From Carpediemonas membranifera BICM (taxonomy: Eukaryota > Protista > Fornicata), in assembly GCA_019828565.1 (NCBI GenBank), contig JAHDYR010000012.1, forward strand, positions 62,001-126,000: DNA of 64,000 nt, read 5' to 3'. The translations under genes and the position numbers were made by a program. How positions within the stretch are numbered: position 1 is the stretch's first letter; each line of letters begins with the position of its first letter. This document shows, piece by piece, positions 47,693-58,091 of the stretch. The notes below the pieces were generated by a model. That model was not told where the DNA came from and did not search any database. It saw only the letters and a program-made list of their open reading frames with translations.

Positions 47693-50600
47693 GTGGCGCT
47701 CCAGCTGTTCATTGAATCTAAACAGCGCGCTGATGTCGGGCTCGTCGAGAACGGGCCCATTTTTTCGGATGGCTACAACCCCAACATCAACGCGACCGGT
47801 TACGAACGCATTCCAGACACGGCAATCCGCGGTATCGCCCTACGCAGCTTCGAAGCCGACGCGATCCCCTTGTACGAGGCCTTAATCGAACGCGATACAG
47901 CCAACGCCTGGCGAAGCGCGGCCGAATGCCTCGATCAGCTCGCAGCCTTAGAGGCCGATCACATGGGCAATGTTATCGTCCCTTGGGAGGCTTACCGCAA
48001 GCCGGTCCATGCACCCGCCGTCAAAACGACGAATTTCTCCTCAGCAGAAAATAGCGGAAGCAACACCAGTTCCAAGAAGAAGCGCAAGAACGCTCACAAG
48101 CGCGACGCAAACAACTCTCAGGAGCCACAGAAACCGTTCCCCGAAAAGGTGGACGGGCCCGATCCTTGGATGCAGTTTAAGGACAAGAAGCGCTACGCCA
48201 TCCCGGACAACTACAACTTGTTCTGCGACAAACATGGATGAAATTCTCGGCACGACACAGCTTCCTGCGGCACCATCAAGCCAGGAGCGGCCGTCAACGA
48301 AGTCCAAGCGTCCTCGATCCCGATTCAAACCACCGTGATGGTCGAAGAGACGATCAAGCTGCCCGCCAAGCTCGACACAGGTGCAGACGTTTGCGTCATA
48401 TCGCAGGAGCTCGCAAAAGAGCTCCCTGACGCCATCATCTGGACAAAGTGCGACCTCACGCTACTTTCCGCCGAAGACCGTAACATCGCGACCGGCCGCA
48501 AGGCCTCCGTCCTCATCACCATGCCTTCGGTCGATGGCAGGAACGTGACGATCTCGTGGACGTTGCACGAGATCATAGGCTCCAGCAACAGGCTTCTCAT
48601 CGGCAAGGACCTCCTGGCTCATCTAGGCTTCGTCCTAAACGATCGCCTCCTGATCGGGCCCTCGGGAAAGCCAACCGACACGGACGACATAGGGGAGCAC
48701 AAGATGATCGATGCAAGCATCTTGTGCACTCCCGACGAAAACCAGCCCGACAAGCACTCAGCCCCCGTCAACATACCAGACGACCACGGACACGACTTCG
48801 CCCTCAAAATACGAGCGATAGTCGAGGAGATTTTCGATCCCGTCCTCCCCGCCGCGGGTAGCAAGCTGGAACCCCACAAGATCGAACTAACACAGGAGTT
48901 ACACCTCAAGTGCCGCCCCCGCCAACTCGTCGGCGAGGCAGGCTCAGCCGCACAGGCAGAGATAGAAAAGATGAAACTCCTTGGCGTCATCCGCGACAGC
49001 CAGTCGCAATACGCCATCCGCCACACAATGGCCGCGAAGAAGAACGGAGAGCCGCGGTTCTGTGTGGCCTTCAACGACCTCAACGACGACACCAAGGCGG
49101 ATGCATTCCCCTTACCCGACCTGAGGGACTTCCCGCACGAAGCCGCCGGATGCTCCTACTTTGCCTCCCTGGACCTCAGATCAGGTTATTGGCAACAGCC
49201 GATGGACCCGGACAGCGTCCATCTGACGTCATTCGTCGTGCCCGGACACCAGTACGAGTTTCTACGCGTACCCTTCGGCCTGAAGAACGCCCCCTCTAAG
49301 TTCCAGAGGGCCATGGAGCGCGTCCTAGAACGCATCGACGGCGTCCGAGTATACGTTGACGACATCTTCATACACGCATCAAGCGAAGAGGACTTCATCA
49401 GTCGACTTCGCGAGACTCTACAACGCCTGAAAGACCACAACCTCACCTCTCGTGCAGACAAGTGCACCATCGGCGCAGCCGAAGTAGAGGTATGCGGGTT
49501 CGTGATCAACAAGGCGGGCCGCTCTGTCAGCCCAGGACGGGTAACCGGCCTGCTCGAACTCCCCGCCCCAACCACGGTTACAGAGCTCAGGCGCACGATG
49601 GGAAAATTCAACCATCTCAGCAACTTCATCCCCGACTTGGCCGCCGCCACTGCCCCCCTGAACGCCCTACTCAAGGGCTCGCCCAAAGGCAAAGACAAGC
49701 TAGACTGGACGACGGCCCACGACGAGGCATTCTCCCACTTGAAGGAGCTATGCACCAGCAACAGCGCACTTGCCCTACCAGACCTCAACAAGCCCTGGTC
49801 GCTCGAGACGGACGCGTCCGTGGTGGCCCTGGGTGGAGTCTTATGGCAACACGACGGCGACACAAAGAAGCCGTTGGCCTATTTTTCGCACACATTCTCA
49901 GAAACGCAAACGCGTTGGGCCACCGTGGAACAAGAACTATACGCCATCGTATACTGCGTCACAAGCCCAGAGTTCTCCCAGCTGCTCAAACTGAAGCCCT
50001 TTCACATCCTCACCGATCACCGCAACATCGTGTGGCTCATTAGAAAGGCTGAAGAAGGCACCAGGAAGCTGACACGCTGGAGGCTCATCCTATCTGAGTA
50101 CCCGTTCACCATCGAACACATGTTGACACGTCGAACCTCGTGGCCGACGCACTCTCACGCCCCAACGGCCTAGGTGTCATGGAAATCCGTGCGACCAGCG
50201 ACGAACTACAGGCCATAAGGTCAACGCACGCAGGCGCTAACGGCCACGCCACGGCCAAGCAAACGCTCACCAACCTACATAACGAGGGCCACGAATGGCC
50301 GACCCAGGCAACCGACGTCGCGGAAGACGTGACCGCATGCCCCGTATGCCAGAAGGTCAAGCCACACACAGCCTCCAAGGCTCCTTGGCACTCTACCCAG
50401 AAACGCTCCCCCTTCGAAGCAATCCAGATCGATACGCTCGGCCCCCTCCCGGAGGTCAACGGCCTTGCCTACATCATCGTCTTTATCGACTTCTTCTCTA
50501 AGTTCGTCGTGCTCAAGCCCGTCAGCAGCACCTCAGCAAAGGAAGCTGCCTCGGCTATGCTCGAAGTCTGGTCCCTGTTCGGCTCGCCCCGCCTCATACA

Positions 50601-51705
50601 GACGGACCAAGGGACTCAATTCAAGAACGCGCTCATCGAGGAGTTCAACAGCATCATCTCCCTGGACCACCGGTTCTCGACCGCCTATCACCTGCAAAGT
50701 AACGGCGTTGTCGAGCGCGTCAACGGCTGTCAGGGTCTTACCCACACTTACATAGGACAATATAATATGATTTACCCTAGTCAAAGGTTTTCCAGTCGAC
50801 ACCCATGTGTCGACTTCTCCCCTTATAAAGTTCTTCAGCTCGCAAGACCACACGGCACCATCATGCGCCGTCTCCGGGCGCTGATGATGGACGTCGAGTC
50901 AACCTCATGGCCCGACCTCATCCCAATCACGCAGCACATCATCAACGCCACGGTCCACTCAACTACCGGCTACTCGCTGTTCGAGATCCTGTTCGGTCAC
51001 ACATCGTCGCTTACGAGCATCGCTCCCGACCGACTGCTTACTGCGCAGACACATACAGACAACCAGCGCCCAGACGGCAGCCGCGCCATAGCGTCATTCC
51101 AATCAGACCTGAAGGCAATACACGCGACTGCCCGCGCCAAGATCGAGGCTTATGAACGTGCTCAAGCAAGACACCAGAAGCCCGACACCACCAACTGGAA
51201 GAACGAGAAGTACGTGCTCCTTCGTTACCCAGCGAAAGCACCCAACAAGCTCCTGCCCCCAGTTCGCGGACCCTTGCAACTCCTAAAGGAGGGGAAGAGC
51301 CCCAACACGTACGTCCTCCGCGACCTCGTGACTAGAGCGGAGATCCTAGTACACCAGGACCGCCTCATCCGCTTCCACACCGGTTCCGCCGATGCCGCAT
51401 CCCTCGAGCGCACTGCCGCGTTCGAGCAAGACGAACAGACAGTCGCTGCGATCGTCGGCCACCGCCAGACCAAAGGCCGCCTCGAGTTACTTGTCCACTG
51501 GGAAGGACTTGAGGATTCTGAAGATTCGTACATCCCATACAACGCCTACTACGACCAACTCTCTGCCCTCGACACATATCTGGCCGCTCGTCCGGGTCTA
51601 GAGCCTCTCTTCGCGCGCTATAAGCGCAAGTTCCGAGGCAAAGGCCGCCGTTAGGTGAACCTCGCTCGAGGAGGGAAGTGTGAGTCAGTGCAGTTTATGT
51701 AAATC
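47693..51705 (+). mobile_element. 5'-truncated Ty3/Gypsy chromodomain element
   Basis: gag 47693-48330, PR-RT-RH 48335-50173 (LDTGA, YVDD, TDAS), IN-chromo 50140-51654; PPT GAGGAGGGAAG then TGTG at 51679. Confidence 0.85.
50728..50852. repeat. 125-bp solo LTR inside the integrase
   Basis: TG..CA, TSD CGGC; shares GGGTCTTACCCA..ACTTACATAG with LTR 51878. Confidence 0.85.
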
Positions 51706-52010
51706 GGACCACCCTGCAACTCCTACAATGGCACAGGCCCCTTCGATGAGCAGTTTGAGGACACGGTGCAAAAGTTCCGCAGCTTCGAGATCATCATAAT
51801 AGGAGACTGGAACCAGAGTAAGGACTCCCTCAGGGCAGCCACACAGGCAACCCTACAGCGGCACAACCTCACAATGGTGTAGTGGGTCTTACCCAATACT
51901 TACATAGTTTATGACTTATAGATTACACCATATTTGCAACCATTGGGTTTTCTCTTTATATAAGTTCTTTCCCTCCTCCAGTAGGAGCACATTAGATCTA
52001 ATCCAAGCCT

Positions 52011-55000
52011 ATGGAGAGTAGAAAGGTAACTCCCCCGTTGTTGAAAGCTCCAACGATGCCCGCGTTGATCAAGTTCGTGGACGAACTCTCGGACTACCGG
52101 GCGTTGGGCGGAAAACAAGACATTGATCTACTTGTGGATAAGACCATTCGCGATTACGTCACAGACACGATTGGTGACGAATCTGATGGCGAAGAGAGCG
52201 TCCCTCTCATCGTCAAGAAGGCATCTCAGCAGAAGCGCAAAGCTCGCGACCTATTCGTGGTCAAACGCTTGGGTAGGACACTTCGTCCCACCAGGGAGAT
52301 CGCGCGCCTAGAGCTGTTCCGAGCGCGCGCCGCTAACTTCTCCCCCTGCCGAGGTCGTGAAGATCAACCGTAAGTTCACTACGCTCTTAGCCGTGGTGCA
52401 GCCAGACTCGTCCGAAGAGGTCCTGAGAGAGACGTACGCGCGGTGCTTCAAGTTCGGTTCTAGCTCCCGCACAATGTACCGCGTCAAAGAGCTGATCGAG
52501 GGCCAAGCGTTGCTCGAAGCCATGCCCAAGGTCCTGGCCATGAGCCGCGATGTTCAGGAGAGCAGGGAGATCACCGAAGCCTTTGGCGATCAACCTGTCT
52601 CTAACAAACATCAACGCTTTAACCAGCACAAGCCGAAACGTGACAGTCAACCGTTGAACCACGGTACCCATGAGAGCCACCAACATTCCGAAGCGAAGAA
52701 GGACATGAAGCGACTCGACACACGCAACCACACGGATCGCAAGAAGAAGTTCGACACCTACACGTGTTTCAACTGTGGCAAGTCGGGCCACCCATGGCAC
52801 AAATGCCCAGTCCCGAAGCATAAGTGTTCAGCCTGCGGTCGGGAAGGTCACCTGGAGAAGTTCTGCCGGGGTAAACAGCCCCTCTACGTTCTTTCACTAC
52901 AGAAGATGCATTCCTCAGCTAACCTTCCCCTAGTCAAGGCCAAGTTCCAGCAGACCGTAATCTCCATCCTGTTAGACTCAGGCGCGAACGTGTCCGTCAT
53001 TCACTCAAAGTTAGCGAAAGGCATGAAGCGCGACAGCCCCAACCACAACCCAGACGTGCAGACGGCCAACGGCCGAAAGTGTTCCCAAGGCGTGGTGACG
53101 ACTGACATCAAGCTGCTACCCTCGGCGTTTACACCCAGACAGTGTTCATGCCAGATCACGTGCCTGGTACTAGACACGGACTTCGATATGATCCTCGGGT
53201 ACCCAGATATGGTGGATTTAGGTATCATGCCCCGCGTGGGCCAAGACACCCAACTCGAGGGACCAGACGCATCGATCCCGCAAGCCACCAAACAACAGGC
53301 AGCCGTGTATCAACTCAGCGCAGATACAGCCGACGAACAGGCGCGTATCATCAAGGAGTTCAACTCACTGTTCCTGGACCGAGACGAGCCGAGTGTCCTC
53401 GAGCCGTACGATCTGATCCTCTCAGACAACAGAGTGGTCAACGCCAGACCCTACTACATCCCGCAGCAGAAGGTTCATGTCATCAAGGAGCACCTCGACG
53501 TTCTGCTCGCGAAGAGGTATATCGAAGCGTGCCAGAGTGAGTACGCCAGCCCTGCCATGACGGTGCCGAAGAAGGGAGGCAAGACTAGGTTCGTAGTCGA
53601 CTTCAGGGAGGTCAACGCGATGACAGCGCCGTTTGACTACCCGATACCGCGAATAGACGAAGTTTTAGCCCAGCTCTCCGGCATGAAGGTGTTCGCCACA
53701 CTCGATTTATCCGCAGGATATCATCAGGTCGCCCTGTCGGAGCGGTGCAGAAAGTACACCGCGTTCACTACGCAACTAGGCCAATTCCAGTACAGACGCA
53801 TGCCGTTCGGACTCCGCAATGCTGGAGCTCATTTCCAGAGAGCTATGGAGAAGGCGTTCCGAGGTCTGGTCGGGTCAGCATGCTACATATATATCGACGA
53901 CGTCATCGTCTTCGGCGCGACCGAGGCGGAGTATCTTTCAAACCTCCGCAAGGTGCTGCTCAGGGCTAAGGAGACCAAGTTGCAGCTCAACCGGGAGAAG
54001 TGTCAATTTGGGCGTGAGGAGGTCGAGTTCCTCGGCTGGGTAATCAGAGACGGCACCTACGACATTTCACCGGAGCGTGCCCAAGACGTTAGCGACCTGG
54101 TCCTTCCCAAATCCGTCAGGGGGATGCAGGGACTAGTCGGATTCCTCAATTATTTCAGGGACTTCGTGAACGACTTTGCCGTGATCGCCAAGCCGCTGAC
54201 TGACGCAATGGCAGGCAAGATCCAGATCGGCGGCGCACAACAGCAAGACGCGCTCGATCGCCTCAAGAAGGCACTCACCTCCAAGCATACCCTACAGCTG
54301 TTCGACGCAACCAAGGAGCATACTGTCATGACAGACGCATCCGGACTCGGATACGGCGCAGTGCTTTTGCAAGAAGGCAAGCCCGTGTGCTACATGAGTA
54401 AGGCGTTCAATGACGTGCAGTCGCGCTGGGCCACGAACGAGAAGGAGGCTTATGCCATCGTCGCAGCCCTGCAGAAGTGGCGGAAGTTCCTGTCGTGGGG
54501 AAAGTTCACCCTGCTGACAGATCACCGCAATCTACTATTCATGTATCGCAGCGTCAACTCGAAGGTGAAGCGCTGGGCCGACGCGATAGCGGACCTGGAT
54601 TTCGACATTCAACACATCCCGGGTCTAGATAACGGCGCAGCCGATGGCCTATCGAGAGTGTTCACAGTGAGACAAACAGCGTCGACGACCGATATTAAGA
54701 CGGCGCATGAGACCGCTGGGGCACATCTATCGAGGAGGATGACCATAGAGCGACTGAGAGCCGACAATATGTCTGTATCACGTGCCGCAGTCGACGAGTA
54801 CGTGTCCGCCTGTCCAGTGTGCCAAGTGCTCGAGCGTCCACCTGTCGACCAGCCCGAGGCCCTATACACTGGTGTCGATCAACCATTCAAGCGTGTAGCC
54901 ATAGACACGATGGGTCCCTTCCCCGAGGCAGACGGTTATACTCATTTGACCGTGATCATAGACATGTGCAGTCGCTGGATCGAGCTGGTACCCGTCAACG

Positions 55001-55941
55001 GCACCACGGGCGAGGCTGCGGCCAACGCCTTCGTCAACAACTGGGTGCTACGCTTTGGTTGCCCGGAGGTCCTCCAGTCAGACGGTGGTCCGGAGTTCAA
55101 CAATCAGCTATTCCACAGACTCGCGACGGAGATGGGCTTCGAGACGCACATTACAACACCACACCACCCCCAGTCGAACGGCATGGTGGAGCGTGTCAAC
55201 AAAGAAGTCCTGCGGATCCTGAAGGCGAGGAGATTTCACTTACACGATTCCAACTGGATACGTCACCTACCAGCAGCCTGCTTTATCCTCAACTCTACCC
55301 CGAGAATCCCGACGCGGTTAACCCCCGCTGAGGTAATATTTGGTTTCAATCTCAGGATTCCAGACAAGATATTCTTGACCGACGTAGCTATAGCGAGCGC
55401 GAAACAGTACCATCGCGCGTCAGCTGAGGCAGCCATACAGCTCGCCAAAGCGAGAGCTCAAGCTATGAAGGAAGACGCGTGGTCGAAAGCGGCCTCATCA
55501 CGGACTGAGATTCTCAGCAGGTTCGTGTTAGTCAAATACCCCGCTAGACCCCCAGACAAGCTATCCCCCGGCTGGCGCGGCCCAATGAGACGCGTCAACT
55601 GTATCAAGCAAGACGGTATCCCCGTAGCTTATGAGGTCCAAGACCTCACTGAGGGCAAGAGGGGCAAGACAATCAAGGTCGACGCAGCCAGAGTACGCAA
55701 GTTCAACCCAGGCACGCTATCAGAGTCGCAGATCAGGCAGATCGCCGCCACGGCGTTGGACGAGTACGAGATCGATCGCATATCGGACGATAGGGGCGCA
55801 GGGCCGGTCACGAAACGAGAGTACCTCGTGCACTGGCTCGGGTTTGAAGACGACGAAGCGACATGGGAGCCGTACGCTAACGTCAAGAAGACCGAGGCCC
55901 TTGAATTGTTCCTGAAGAAGACATTTACAAGTGCCTGGTGA
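52011..55941 (+). CDS. Gag-Pol polyprotein (one frameshift in a C-run near 52345)
   Basis: Two CCHC knuckles, LLDSGA, YIDD, TDASG, HHCC, DTMGP..SDGG..NGMVER, EYEIDRI..YLVHWLGF..TWEP. Confidence 0.92.
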
Positions 55942-55973
55942 CCGGGGTAAAGGGCACACACACACAAGATCGT

Positions 55974-57011
55974 TTACTTGAACCAAGACGAGGGGCAGTG
56001 CTTAGTCAGCTTGTGAGCCCGGAGGAACTCGCGAGTGATGTCCAGTCGAGCCAACTCTCGGTCGACCGCGACGATGGAAAGCCCCGGGAAGCCAATGTAG
56101 GCGATGAACAACAGAAGGACGCCTTCGCGATTGAAGTCGTGGCCGACGATGGCCTCGAGCTCATACTCGCGCTCAGGATCGGACGCCTGCAGACTGAGGC
56201 CGACCAGACGGGGAGGCAGAGCAGGCAGACCATGGGCGAGGTTACGGACGAGATAACCCCAGATCGCCGACACGTCGGCACCGCGAGAGGACGCGACATA
56301 GACGAGGCGGTAGTAGGCAGGGGCGAAGGTCATAATGGTCAGACGGTGGAGAGACAAGCGAAGCTCAGTCTCGGAGACGCCAATCCGTCCGCCCATGAGG
56401 TACTTAATCAGTGCGGGGCTGACCAAACGATGGGAGGCTCCAGTACCGGTGATGCTCATGTCGCCATCATAGGCGCGGGACATGATGTCACGATCAGAAG
56501 CCGGACCCAACTTGTAATAGAGCGCGATCGACTTCAAGACTGAGTGGTCAATGCGCAGGTCGCGCACCTGTCGAGCCAGCGTTTTCAGAGGACCGACGTC
56601 AAACTGGGCGAACCCCCCAGTCTCAATGGCGTCAAACACCGACTGAAACGGGAAGTCCACCCAGTTGACGTAGTTGTTGACGTGCTCAGTGACGAACGGC
56701 GTGAGCACACCGTCGAACTCGGTGAACGGCGGTAACTCAAAACCCTCAAGGGGGACAGAAGACAACAGCTTCTCGCGCACGGCAGTCGTGATTGTGGCGC
56801 TATATCAGCGTTAGGTTGATGTTGTTACTTACTTTTTGGCCGTTTTGCGGCTAGCGCGCTTACGGATCGCGCCAGAAGGAGCGGCAGCGGCAGAAGAAGC
56901 GGAAGGCAGCGTGGCCAGAAGATCCTGAAGCTCAGCGGGAGCAAGCTCCATGAGCTGCGAACGGATATCGGCAATAGACGACGCAGAAACCGTTTCCCCC
57001 GCTTTTGGCAT
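55974..57011 (-). CDS. Antisense accessory protein (predicted 334 aa after splicing the intron at 56800-56832), C-terminal chromodomain-like segment
   Basis: GTAAGT..CTAAC..TATAG 33-nt intron removes a stop and joins MPKAGE..RKRASRK in frame to ORF 55974-56780; tail EYELEAIVGH..LLFIAYIGF. Confidence 0.7.
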
Positions 57012-57904
57012 GCGAAAAGCGAAATGCCAAATCTGACAATTTAGTTCCGCGTCGAAACTCCCCCAAAATGCTGCCAAACAACGTCATATAACCTCCATTT
57101 ATCCCCTTATTACCTATTTTGATGTTGTTATTATTATTGGTGCAGGCACCAGATGACGGCAATGGCTGTGAAGAAAAAAGCACCAGAACTCGACAACGAA
57201 GCCTCGTTGAGGCCTCTAATGGCCATATTTCGACAGTACTATGTAATGAACGCGAAGAAGTCCCCATGTTGGGCAAAATACGAAACCGAAGGTCGTTTGA
57301 CCCAAAGGTGCACCGTTTGATTGTTTCAAACTGGTTTGTTTCATTTGACGGCCTATACTGGCCGTGGAGGGGCAGTGTCCCCGGTAAGGATCCATTTTAC
57401 ATCAGCGCGCTATTTATCCAGTGGTACCACACAAAATATTTGAATCTCAGGAAAAGATTTGAGACATTGTCAGTGCGCGTAGCGACACCGACGAGAAGGT
57501 CAGACATAGCCCATCTCACTGCCAATGAGATGGACTGCGGCGCGAGTGGCGTGGCAACCGTGAACAAAGCAGTTGACTCTTCGACAAATCCTCACTAGCC
57601 GTACAGTCACACCGCTTGAGGTCGTGCCCATTTGGGCACTGAAGGGGCAGTGTAGTGGGTCTTACCCAATACTTACATAGTTTATGACTTATAGATTACA
57701 CCATATTTGCAACCATTGGGTTTTCTCTTTATATAAGTTCTTTCCCTCCTCCAGTAGGAGCACAATGGTAGCACCATCCAAGGGGACTTACGTAAGTGGG
57801 TACATCATCGATTATGCTGCGGTGTTCGTTTCGCAGACGAAACGGGGGGTGAAGCTTTACATGCAAAACAAAAAGACGATTCGGGACCCTGCCTGGGGAT
57901 CGGA

Positions 57905-58091
57905 TCGGATCATCAATCAAATAAATATTTGATTGAAGTGCCGCGCTGACACTTCCCTCCCAGTGGTAACGACCACGAGTAGCGGGGCGCGGCGGCGAGG
58001 ACTGGTCTATGATATTTCATCCGGAACCCATCAAATGTGATGGTTTGATTAGATAGTTGAGCGTGAAGACGAACAACTCCATTGAAGGAGG
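57905..58091 (-). mobile_element. Gypsy 3'-end remnant (hairpin, PPT GGGAGGGAAG, LTR start at 57951)
   Basis: Same hairpin-PPT-TG arrangement as at 58193. Confidence 0.45.

Larger units (their letters stand above)
51878..57764 (+). mobile_element. Complete Ty3/Gypsy chromodomain element (5.9 kb) with antisense accessory gene
   Basis: Identical 114-bp LTRs at 51878-51991 and 57651-57764; TSD ATGG; PPT GAAGGGGCAG. Confidence 0.95.
51706..57905 (+). pseudogene. APE endonuclease fragment of a LINE, split by the Gypsy element 51878-57764
   Basis: GPP..IIIIGDWN (51706-51877) continues as VAPSKGTYVSGYIIDY..WGSD (57769-57905). Confidence 0.7.
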
